Both the position numbers and the translations under genes were made by a program. The notes beneath the pieces were generated by a model. The model ran no database searches. It was given only the letters and a program-made list of their open reading frames with translations, and was not told where the DNA came from. A stretch of 64,000 nt of DNA, taken from positions 736,001 through 800,000 of the forward strand of contig CP166615.1 in NCBI GenBank assembly GCA_041937175.2, given 5' to 3'. Positions 19,898 to 28,237 of this stretch are shown piece after piece (the stretch's first letter is position 1; every line of letters starts with the position of its first letter). The stretch comes from Limnothrix sp. BL-A-16 (GTDB lineage Bacteria; Cyanobacteriota; Cyanobacteriia; CACIAM-69d).

Positions 19898-20602
19898 ATG
19901 GCACTTCCCCTTCTGGATTACCCCTTGACTTCTCAAAACCAGCGAGTGGATGGTTTTGAAGTTGCAAATCAAGGCGGTTTGCGTCTCATCACCAATGAGA
20001 TTGATGAGGTGATTTACGCGGCCTATCGGCAAATTTTTAATGAGCAACAGCTAACGGTCAGCAGCCGTCTTTTGGCGCTGGAGTCTCAACTGCGCTGCGG
20101 TCAAATTTCGGTGCAAGACTTCATTCGTGGCCTGGCCACCTCCGAAGTGTTTCGCACGCGCAATTACGACACCAATAATAATTATCGCTTTGTGCAGATG
20201 TGTGTGCAGCGAATTTTGGGTCGTGAGGTTTATAACGATCGGGAAAAACTGTCTTGGTCGATCGTTTTGGCCACTGAAGGTTTGAATGGGTTCATTGACT
20301 CGTTGCTCAACAGCGAGGAATATCAAACCCACTTCGGGCGGGATACGGTTCCCTATCAGCGGCGGCGGATTTTGCCTCAGCGATCGAGCGGTGCAGTGAC
20401 CTTTGCGCACACGGCTCGCTATGGCGAAGATTATCGCGATCGCTTGCCGAAGCCCATGGATGTGCAGTTTGGTTTGTTCAACTGGGAAACCTTTATGCGC
20501 CAGGCCGATTGGCCCACGGCGATCGGTTTGTTGGCGGGCATGTCGCTCTTGATTGCGGCGTTGTTGCTGTTTTCTGTGACGATCGGAAGCAGCGCAGCCT
20601 AA
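19898..20602 (+). CDS. cpcL: Phycobilisome rod-core linker, CpcL (CpcG2) type with hydrophobic C-terminal anchor
   Basis: MALPLLDYPLTSQNQRV, NNYRFVQMCVQRILGR, VPYQRRRILPQR; C-terminal TM AIGLLAGMSLLIAALLLFSV. Confidence 0.85.
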   Translation: MALPLLDYPLTSQNQRVDGFEVANQGGLRLITNEIDEVIYAAYRQIFNEQQLTVSSRLLALESQLRCGQISVQDFIRGLATSEVFRTRNYDTNNNYRFVQMCVQRILGREVYNDREKLSWSIVLATEGLNGFIDSLLNSEEYQTHFGRDTVPYQRRRILPQRSSGAVTFAHTARYGEDYRDRLPKPMDVQFGLFNWETFMRQADWPTAIGLLAGMSLLIAALLLFSVTIGSSAA

Positions 20603-20705
20603 GCCGGTTCCCTGTTCTTTTGGATGTAGATCAATTCTTCCCTTACAGATCAACTCGGCTTAATGCAGCCTAGGATTCTGTGAGCAAAGCCAGACGACCC
20701 AGACG

Positions 20706-20746
20706 CTGCTTCGGGAGTTTTCCGTGCTCTCCCGAGGCAGTTTTTT
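20706..20746 (+). terminator. Rho-independent terminator after cpcL
   Basis: CTGCTTCGGGAG...CTCCCGAGGCAG followed by TTTTTT. Confidence 0.75.
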
Positions 20747-20784
20747 AGATTTTCAGATCACAATTACCAATCAAGACTGAATTA

Positions 20785-21052
20785 GAGGATGTCTGAAAGG
20801 TATTTTTGAACGTAGGTCAAGTATGAATCGTCGTTGGGGCAAGGGGCTTAGGGCCTGTCGTCGATCAGGCGAAAACGATTGATTTTCCATGTTCCAGTCG
20901 TCGTAACAAGGGGCTTAAGCCCCTTGTCCTCCACGATCCGCTAACGGTGGAATCAGGGTTTCAGGTGATTTGACGACAGGCCCTAAGCCCGTTGTCTTTG
21001 TTGGTTGGTCAGACCCGCACAAGGGGGCAATTTAGGCTTTTCAGATCCCCTC
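20785..21052. mobile_element. Outer MITE-like element (about 133 bp once the nested insert is removed)
   Basis: TTA|GAGGATGTCTGAAAG...CTTTTCAGATCCCCTC|GTA imperfect TIRs; central palindrome split into CAAGGGGCT-TA and TA-AGCCCGTTG. Confidence 0.7.
20851..20983. mobile_element. Inner 133-bp MITE with 12-bp perfect TIRs and TA duplication
   Basis: TA|GGGCCTGTCGTC...GACGACAGGCCC|TA; contains perfect 22-bp palindrome ACAAGGGGCTTAAGCCCCTTGT at 20906-20927. Confidence 0.85.
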
Positions 21053-21078
21053 GTATTGGCAACCCAATTGATGAGGAT

Positions 21079-21366
21079 TTAACTCCAGTCTTCTTCATCA
21101 CGACGACGACTGTTGACTTGGTAAATATTGCCTTGGGCGTGCAGTTCGCGAGTTTTTTGATAGAGCGATTCCTCATCAAAACCCCAGCGGCTGAGGGCTT
21201 TGTCTAGGTCGGCTTGAATTTGCCTGGCTCCTGGAAAATTGCGATAGCGAATTCGTAATCGGGCTAATTCACAAACATAAAAATCGGTGGGATCGCTGGT
21301 CAAAATGGCTTGCACCAAGTTATGATCGACCATTTCTTGCGGGTGTTGTTGATCCTGTTGTTTCAT
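21079..21366 (-). CDS. DUF3288 family protein
   Basis: QQHPQ...ELARLRIRYRNFPGARQIQADLDK...W....LYQKTRELH...EDWS. Confidence 0.85.
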   Translation of the reverse strand: MKQQDQQHPQEMVDHNLVQAILTSDPTDFYVCELARLRIRYRNFPGARQIQADLDKALSRWGFDEESLYQKTRELHAQGNIYQVNSRRRDEEDWS

Positions 21367-21431
21367 GTTTGATTACTTTTTTGTTTAATTACTTGTTTGA
21401 TTTCAGCTTGCTGTTCTCTTTGCCTTTTGTG

Positions 21432-21833
21432 TTACTTTTGGTTGCTATTTTTCGGCTTCATCGTTTCCCAAACGCCGGCCGTGGCGCTGGCTAAGCCTGA
21501 TAGCCCTAATGTGCCCACTGTCCCGATCGTCTGGGACAAAAAGAGATGCACCAAAAAGCCAAACCCAAGAAAGGGAATGACGCTGAAGATGGAGGCATAA
21601 AAAGCGTTTTGGGATTCGCGAACAGACCGAGTTTTTTCAAATTCTTCCGTGGAAAAATAGAGCGATCGCTCAGCAAAGTCAAACCAACGAATCAAAAGAT
21701 CCATCAGCCGATCGCTCACGGCTGGCAACGCCAAATAGAGAGCGAGTGACCACAGGCCTGAACTTGCCAAAAGGGCTGCATCCACATGCAGAGACAATGG
21801 CAGCAGATCAGTAAACATAGGGCTTGGGGTCAC
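21432..21833 (-). CDS. Conserved cyanobacterial membrane hypothetical protein
   Basis: LWSLALYL, WFDFAERSLYFS.EEFEKTR..RESQNAFYAS; three hydrophobic segments. Confidence 0.75.
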   Translation of the reverse strand: MTPSPMFTDLLPLSLHVDAALLASSGLWSLALYLALPAVSDRLMDLLIRWFDFAERSLYFSTEEFEKTRSVRESQNAFYASIFSVIPFLGFGFLVHLFLSQTIGTVGTLGLSGLASATAGVWETMKPKNSNQK

Positions 21834-21860
21834 TCATGGTGCTCGGTATTATACCCGGTT

Positions 21861-21876
21861 TGTAGCGTGATATACA
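21861..21876. promoter_or_regulatory. NtcA-type binding site
   Basis: TGTA-gcgtgata-TACA = extended GTA-N8-TAC in a divergent intergenic region; TATAAT on the minus strand at 21853-21848. Confidence 0.55.
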
Positions 21877-21983
21877 TTTCCTCGCTGTTCCCTATCGGCT
21901 AGCATCGGGTGTGTTGCGGCGAAACGGCCCAAAGGCTGTTGCTTAGCTCGCGATTAGAACAGGGCAAAAGGCATTAGGAACTG

Positions 21984-22430
21984 ATGGATTCTCTTTCGCG
22001 ACTTTCTCGATGGTTAATTCCGGCGGCGGTGGCTGGCCTCAGTTGGGGCACGGTTCAGGTTCATCCTATTCAGGCTGATTCCGGGATTCAAGGGTTTGTG
22101 TTACCCAGCGGTAACATTATCTGTGGCTCTTGGGTGGATGGTGGCCAGGGCTATTTGCGCTGTCATGTTCAGTCGGGTTTGCGGCCACTGCCCCCGCAGC
22201 CCGCCGATTGTAATTTGGATTGGGGGCATGAAATCTTGCTGAATGCCAATGGCCAGACCGAGGTGCTTTGCGTGGGAGACACGATCGCGGGCCCATATCC
22301 TCGATTGAATTACAACCAGGTTTGGGAGCGAAATGGATTTCGTTGCGAAGCCAAAACCACCGGCTTAACCTGTCGTGCTCGGAATGGTCGGGGCATGTTT
22401 TTGAGTCGAGAACGCTGGCGGAAAATCTAG
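21984..22430 (+). CDS. Small secreted Cys-containing protein (DUF6636-like)
   Basis: Signal peptide; F.LPSGNI.C, C..DWG, C.GDT, GFRC...TGLTC....GRG.FLSR. Confidence 0.7.
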   Translation: MDSLSRLSRWLIPAAVAGLSWGTVQVHPIQADSGIQGFVLPSGNIICGSWVDGGQGYLRCHVQSGLRPLPPQPADCNLDWGHEILLNANGQTEVLCVGDTIAGPYPRLNYNQVWERNGFRCEAKTTGLTCRARNGRGMFLSRERWRKI

Positions 22431-23302
22431 GAGACATCCCTTTGGGTTCTGAGGCGATCGATGGCGGCCAAATAATCGGGCATCGGTTCTTGGCCGGTTT
22501 GGCAAGCGAGCCGATCGACTGCGATTAAATCACTGCCAAAAAAGACCCGATCGAGCGGCAGGGTTTGCCCTCGATCGGGTCGATAGTCGGGGCTGAAATA
22601 TTTGACTGTGCCATCCACCACCGCCCCGTTAAACAGATGGCCAATGCAGAAATAAACATCTTGCAAAACCTGCGGCACAGAGGGGCGGTGGAGCTGGCCG
22701 CGGGAGTGGGGGCTGCGTGCTTTGTAGCGATCGCGCGGAAAGAGGCCGTAGAGATTTTTGAGGGAAGCGGAAATGAGGGGAGTCTCTTTCAAATGGGTGC
22801 GTTTGAGGGCCCCGATCGAAATTCGACAGTCCACCTCCCGCAACAGGGCCGGGGCCCACATGGAACGAAAGCGCACGGGCAAGGGCGATCGGTTCTCGTA
22901 TTCCGCTAAGGGCAGGCTGTCCGCATCAACCAGGGCCATGCCCTGATCTAACAACCGATGCAGACCGCGCCGCTGGGCAATTTCCGCGAGGGAAACCGGC
23001 GAGCACACACCTTCCACAATCAGGATTTCCGCCTGGGGAGCAACCGATCGCAGGGTTTCCAAAACCGTGGCCAAGACTCGATCGCCCACGGTGACCGGCG
23101 GCCCCACGGGATAACCCAAATTGGGTTTCACCAAGATTCGCTGTGCCCCGATCGCCTCGGTGGGTGGTTGATAGCGCCAAGCCTCGCTGGCCACAACGGT
23201 AGTGGGCGGGATCGCTGGGGAAAGGGTGACGGTCATAGGGATCAAGGTAACGGAGCGATCGTTAAGGAGTTGTTGGGCCCGGTGGAGCGCCAGCCCGGAC
23301 AA
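22427..23302 (-). CDS. DUF362 domain protein
   Basis: ILVKPNL, LKRTH, SASLKNLYG, D.IAVD motifs; start probably downstream at MTVTLSP. Confidence 0.75.
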   Translation of the reverse strand: MSGLALHRAQQLLNDRSVTLIPMTVTLSPAIPPTTVVASEAWRYQPPTEAIGAQRILVKPNLGYPVGPPVTVGDRVLATVLETLRSVAPQAEILIVEGVCSPVSLAEIAQRRGLHRLLDQGMALVDADSLPLAEYENRSPLPVRFRSMWAPALLREVDCRISIGALKRTHLKETPLISASLKNLYGLFPRDRYKARSPHSRGQLHRPSVPQVLQDVYFCIGHLFNGAVVDGTVKYFSPDYRPDRGQTLPLDRVFFGSDLIAVDRLACQTGQEPMPDYLAAIDRLRTQRDVS

Positions 23303-23355
23303 TCCGCAAGCATCATAAACTCGCCAGCCTGGGGCCTGTCGTCATTTCCATCGCC

Positions 23356-23380
23356 GTAGGGGTTGGGTCTCCCAACCCTA
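23356..23380 (+). repeat. GTAG-type REP-like hairpin
   Basis: GTAG-GGGTTGGG-tct-CCCAACCC-TA. Confidence 0.5.
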
Positions 23381-23396
23381 ACCTGAGCGATCGACC

Positions 23397-25034
23397 CTAG
23401 GGGGCCGGTGGCGGGTTGGGTGTGTCGGCTGGCTCGGGATCAGACCGATCGAAGCGAGAACGATCGAATGCTCGATCGAACGTGGCTTTCATGGCGGCCT
23501 GGATCCGATCGGGATCCGGTTTGCGGCCGCCCATCAAGTCTCCGAAATAGACACAGGCCCCCTCTCCCAGGGCCAAGGTATAGGCCGCCGCCCAAGAAGC
23601 GGCGATCGCACTGCCAAAACCGGGGACAAATTTCACCAACTCCCGCCCGATCGCCTGGGCCAAAAACCCGCCCGCGATCGTGCTGATGATGCCGCCCACT
23701 TGCGATCGAGTGAGTTTTTGGCCATAGAGCTGTCCCAACAGGCCAACCATGGAAACTTGCAACGCCGTCAGCACCGGCATGGACGCAAAGGGCAAGGGCA
23801 CGGCCTCAACGGCCGCCGCCGCCGCCGCAAAGGCCAGCACATAACGCCGCCCCACATCCCGATAGAGGTTGCTGATTTGGCGGCCCGGCTCCCCGTCCAA
23901 AACCGAATCTAACAATTGATGGATGGTGCGGGCTTCGGCTTCCGGCAGCAAATCCGCCAGGGCATCGCGCAAGGCTTCCAGACCGTAAAAAGTGGGGTGA
24001 TAGTCATCCTCCTCGCGGGTGAAGTCCAACAGCACAGCGCGATCGAACAGACCCGCAAAGGCCTCCTGCAATGCCGCAAAGGGCCGGGCCACCGCCTCCA
24101 AGCTCAGGGGATCCGCCGGGTGATCTTCAACTGTTGCTGGATAAACCTCATGCAAACAGGTGACCGCCAACAGGCAAGGCACGGCGGGATAGCGTTGGCG
24201 CAGGGTGGCGACCACTTGCCGCAGGGTTTCGGTGGCGAAGTCGTTGATCTTGACCGTGAGGATCAAAATTCTGGCCCGATCGGGATCTTCGTCAAAATCC
24301 GTCAGCAGGGCTTGGGCGATCGCCTGGCTGTCCCGTTCCGCATCCCCCAAACCCACCGTGTCCGTAAAAATCAGCAGCGGCAACTCATCGGAGGGATAGG
24401 CATAGCGTGCCGTGTGTTGCGTGTGGGGCCGGAATCCTTGTCCCACAATTTCCGCCGAAACCCCCGTTAGCCCTCGGACGATCGAACTTTTGCCCGCCTG
24501 GGGTTTTCCCAACAGGGTCACTTCCGTGGTGGGCAGTTGGGCCCGCACTTCCGCCAACACCGCCGCCACCCGATCGTCACTGACGCTGAACCATTGGGTC
24601 AGGGATTGTACCCCCTGGGCCAGGGTTTCGCCGGGTTTGAGATGACCTAGGGCGGCAGGTAGATCTGGCAGATTCTTTGGTAGGTTCGGCAAATTAGGTA
24701 AATTCGGCAGGCTGGGCAAATTTACCGACCAATTGCGGGGCAAATTGGGCAATTCCGTAGGCAAGTTGGGCAAGCTGGGTAAATTCGGCAAATTCAAGGC
24801 CGTTAGCCGATCCTTCGCTGATTGCCAAGCAGTTGTCCACAGTCCCGGGCGCTGCGGCTCGTGGGGCGACTCCCCGATCGATTCTGGGGACGATTCTGCA
24901 TCTTGGCCCGTTGTGTTCTCTGGCATGACTCCCGGCGACTCGATCGCCCCCAACGAGGATTCATCAACCGGGCGATCGGCCCCTGAGGCTTTTATTTCTG
25001 TTGGTTCAGAAGCGGGGGAATCAAAATCCGGCAT
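23397..25034 (-). CDS. Era-like GTPase with DUF697/YcjF-type C-terminus
   Basis: G1 GKPQAGKSS, G3 DTVG, C-terminal VPLPFA...Q..M...LGQLYG...LVKFVPGFG; N-terminal LPN repeats. Confidence 0.82.
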   Translation of the reverse strand: MPDFDSPASEPTEIKASGADRPVDESSLGAIESPGVMPENTTGQDAESSPESIGESPHEPQRPGLWTTAWQSAKDRLTALNLPNLPSLPNLPTELPNLPRNWSVNLPSLPNLPNLPNLPKNLPDLPAALGHLKPGETLAQGVQSLTQWFSVSDDRVAAVLAEVRAQLPTTEVTLLGKPQAGKSSIVRGLTGVSAEIVGQGFRPHTQHTARYAYPSDELPLLIFTDTVGLGDAERDSQAIAQALLTDFDEDPDRARILILTVKINDFATETLRQVVATLRQRYPAVPCLLAVTCLHEVYPATVEDHPADPLSLEAVARPFAALQEAFAGLFDRAVLLDFTREEDDYHPTFYGLEALRDALADLLPEAEARTIHQLLDSVLDGEPGRQISNLYRDVGRRYVLAFAAAAAAVEAVPLPFASMPVLTALQVSMVGLLGQLYGQKLTRSQVGGIISTIAGGFLAQAIGRELVKFVPGFGSAIAASWAAAYTLALGEGACVYFGDLMGGRKPDPDRIQAAMKATFDRAFDRSRFDRSDPEPADTPNPPPAP

Positions 25035-25448
25035 ATCAGCAATGGTTAGCAGTGGTTGCTGTCTTGAACGGGTCTTGAACGGGGAGCGCGTGAAATTTGA
25101 ATTTCTTTAAAGTTTGACTGGAAATTTTTCGCTTGAAATTTAATGAATTCACTCAAATCTCAACAATCCAAAGCATAACTTTAAACCAAGCATTCAATCT
25201 CTCAAAATCGCAGCTTCAATCGGTTAGAACAGGTCTAGCGCCTGAAGATTGCCTGCAATTCCTACACCGCTCCTACCATTCAATGGCATTTGTTACGGGT
25301 GATGACGGGTGAACACTCAGCCCTGGTCTGGAGAAGCGATCGCCCGCCAAACTAGAGAACTGGGATTTTGTAGCGAATCGATCGGTTCCTGATAAAAGGT
25401 GCTGGCTACGATGGCGGATCCCAGTTGTGTTTTAGGAGTGGCGATCGG

Positions 25449-26735
25449 ATGGTACAGAGTCCTTGGAGAACTGAGCAAGCTCCTCGCCCCAACCGTCAAC
25501 AGCCGGAACTGTGGCAATTGGCCAATGGTTTGCGGGTGGTTTATCACTATGTGCCCGTTAGCCCGGTGGTGACCATGGATGTGTGGGTGAAGGCGGGGGC
25601 TGTGGCTGAGCCGATCGCCTGGGACGGGATGGCGCATTTCCTAGAACACATGATTTTTAAGGGCACTGACCGGTTGGGCCCCGGGGAATTTGACCGGGCG
25701 ATCGAGAGTCGCGGCGGAGCCACCAACGCCGCCACCAGTCACGATTATGCCCATTATTTTGTGACCACGGCGGTGGAACATGCGGAAGCCACCCTGCCCC
25801 ACTTGGCGGAGTTGTTGCTGAATGCGACGATTCCCGACCAGGAATTTGAGCTGGAGCGATCGGTGGTGCTCGAAGAAATCCGCCAGGCCTATGACAGCCC
25901 CGATTGGGTGGGATTTCAGATGCTGCTGTCGCGGGTCTATCCGGATCATGCCTATGGGCGATCGGTCTTGGGCAGTGAAGAATCCTTGATGAAGCGATCG
26001 CCCGCTGAGATGCGGCGGTTTCATGCCTGTCACTACCAACCGGAAAATCTGGTGGTGGCCCTGGTGGGAGGGTTGCCGCCCGATCGCGCCCGTCACTTGA
26101 TGGAATCGGCCTTTGCGGCCTTTGGTCAGCCCCAAGCCTGTCCTCCCCAGCCGATCGGGCAAACTCCGCCGATTGCCGCCGTCCATCGCCAAGAACTGCA
26201 CCGGCCCTATCTGGAGCAAGCTCGGGTGATGATGGCCTGGACGGGGCCCAGCTTGCAGGACATTGGCGATACCTATGCTTTGGAAGTGCTGGCCACCGTT
26301 CTCGGCATTGGGCGCACCTCGCGCTTGGTCAGCGATTTGCGTGAAGACCGGCAATGGGTTTTGGCGATCGACTGCGAAGCCAGTGCCCAACGGGATGCCA
26401 GCTTGCTGACGATCGGCGCTTGGCTGGATGTGCGAGATGTGGGCGTGGTGGAAGCCTGCATTTGTGATCACCTGGCCCTACTGCGCGATCACCCCATTAA
26501 CCCGATCGAGCTGAAGCGGGCCCAGCGTCTTCTGTGCAGCGACTATATTTTCGCCACGGAAACCCCCAACCAACTGGCCAGCCTCTATGGCTACTACGGC
26601 CTGCTGGATCAACTGCCAGAAGCAACGGTTTATCCCGATCGGATCCAGGCCGTGGGCCCCGAAGACGTGCAACGGGTGGCGCAAAAATATCTTTCTCCCG
26701 ATCGCTATGCCATGGTTACCCTGGTTCCGTCCTAG
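25449..26735 (+). CDS. M16 (pitrilysin) zinc peptidase
   Basis: GMAHFLEHMIFKGT (HxxEH), NAATSHD, ERSVVLEEI. Confidence 0.93.
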   Translation: MVQSPWRTEQAPRPNRQQPELWQLANGLRVVYHYVPVSPVVTMDVWVKAGAVAEPIAWDGMAHFLEHMIFKGTDRLGPGEFDRAIESRGGATNAATSHDYAHYFVTTAVEHAEATLPHLAELLLNATIPDQEFELERSVVLEEIRQAYDSPDWVGFQMLLSRVYPDHAYGRSVLGSEESLMKRSPAEMRRFHACHYQPENLVVALVGGLPPDRARHLMESAFAAFGQPQACPPQPIGQTPPIAAVHRQELHRPYLEQARVMMAWTGPSLQDIGDTYALEVLATVLGIGRTSRLVSDLREDRQWVLAIDCEASAQRDASLLTIGAWLDVRDVGVVEACICDHLALLRDHPINPIELKRAQRLLCSDYIFATETPNQLASLYGYYGLLDQLPEATVYPDRIQAVGPEDVQRVAQKYLSPDRYAMVTLVPS

Positions 26736-26861
26736 AGCGAGATCGATCGACCAAGACAAGGGGTTTCAGTCCCTTGCGCCCACCATGATCAATGCTTGGC
26801 CAGTCCGAAAATCAATCGGTTTGCACAGCAACCAACGCCTAACCGTGGATTAACCCATGGA

Positions 26862-28154
26862 TTAGCCCTTGGCCTTCATGGCCAACTCGCGCCGCCAGAA
26901 AAAGGCCGCCGCTCCCCACAGCCCCACCATCTTGAACGTTTCCGAAGCCAGCGTCGCCCAAATGGCCCCCGCCCAGGAATAGGACGGAATCAAGATTAGG
27001 TTTAGCACCACATTCAAAATGGCAGCGGTGACTTGAATTAAGCTCCGTTGTCCCTGGTGGCCCGAAGAGGTGAGGCAATCGGCCGCCAAATACTGCATTC
27101 CCAAAATCAAATGCACGGGGGCGAACCAACGCAACACCCCGATCGCCTCGCGATATTCCGATCCCAAAATCCACTCCACCACCGGAGCAAAGAAAAACAT
27201 CCCCAATCCCCCCAGCACCCCGTAGCCCGCGATCAGCGGAAACAGGCGCTTGGCAAATTGAATACTGCCGTCAATGCCATGAGTGCCCGCCTGGAAAAAG
27301 CGGGCATAATTCGCCGCACCAATCGCCAAGATCGGCTGGTAGCCCACATCCACAAACCGATAGCCCGCCCCATAAATCCCGGCAGCCTCTTCATTCACCA
27401 AGCTAGAGAGCAAGGTCTTATCCGCATTGGCATTAATCGTTTCAGCGGAACCGGCAATGGAAAAGTAAAACCCTTGACCCAATTCCCAAGCACAATTGGG
27501 TTTGGGCCAAAGGGGCCAGCCCGCCTGCCGACTGGCCAACACAAAGGCCGCAAGGGCCGGCAACACTGACGCAATGCAGTAAAAAATCGACCAGGTTTCC
27601 GCCGATCGCCAGTCGGGAACCAGCCACAGGGCCCCCACCGCCAAGAGTTTCACGGCGCTGAAAACCACCTTGAGCTGGGCTGGGCGAGCTGCCACCCCCA
27701 CCGATAAAAACGCCGAACTGCTAAATTCCAGCAGACAAACGCCCCAATAGTCCCCCAGGGCCATCCACAACACCAACCAGGGGGAAACTTGGCTGCCCCA
27801 AATTCGACTCGCCAGCAACATCACCAACCCAATGCCCAGCAGGGAAGACCAGCCCCAAACGAATAGGGACTTCCCCCACTCCGTGCGGAAGCTGCTGCGA
27901 TCGCGCGAAACCGTCCGCATCAACAAGTGGGCATAGCCAACCCCAACGAAAGGCGAAAGCATGGCCACCAAGGACAACACCCCGATCAGTTCGCCATACT
28001 CTTTGGATCCCAAAAACCGCGCCACGAAGATGAAGTACAGCGCCTGGATCGCCACGCTAATCACCCTGGCGGCAATCATCCAGAGATTGTCTTGCACCGA
28101 GGATTTCCCCAGAGTGGTGCGCAGACGTTGCAGGACTCCTTGAAGGTTGGGCAT
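26862..28154 (-). CDS. Polysaccharide flippase (Wzx/MOP family)
   Basis: About 12 TM segments; ARFLGSKEYG, DK.LL....AAGIYGAG, NVVLNLILIPSY..AGA. Confidence 0.85.
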   Translation of the reverse strand: MPNLQGVLQRLRTTLGKSSVQDNLWMIAARVISVAIQALYFIFVARFLGSKEYGELIGVLSLVAMLSPFVGVGYAHLLMRTVSRDRSSFRTEWGKSLFVWGWSSLLGIGLVMLLASRIWGSQVSPWLVLWMALGDYWGVCLLEFSSSAFLSVGVAARPAQLKVVFSAVKLLAVGALWLVPDWRSAETWSIFYCIASVLPALAAFVLASRQAGWPLWPKPNCAWELGQGFYFSIAGSAETINANADKTLLSSLVNEEAAGIYGAGYRFVDVGYQPILAIGAANYARFFQAGTHGIDGSIQFAKRLFPLIAGYGVLGGLGMFFFAPVVEWILGSEYREAIGVLRWFAPVHLILGMQYLAADCLTSSGHQGQRSLIQVTAAILNVVLNLILIPSYSWAGAIWATLASETFKMVGLWGAAAFFWRRELAMKAKG

Positions 28155-28237
28155 AGGGGCTAGTGAGTGGAGAGTGAAAAGGAGTAGAAAATTGCACCCA
28201 AACTAACACCGTCGCTACACAAAACCTCTGGAAAAGA

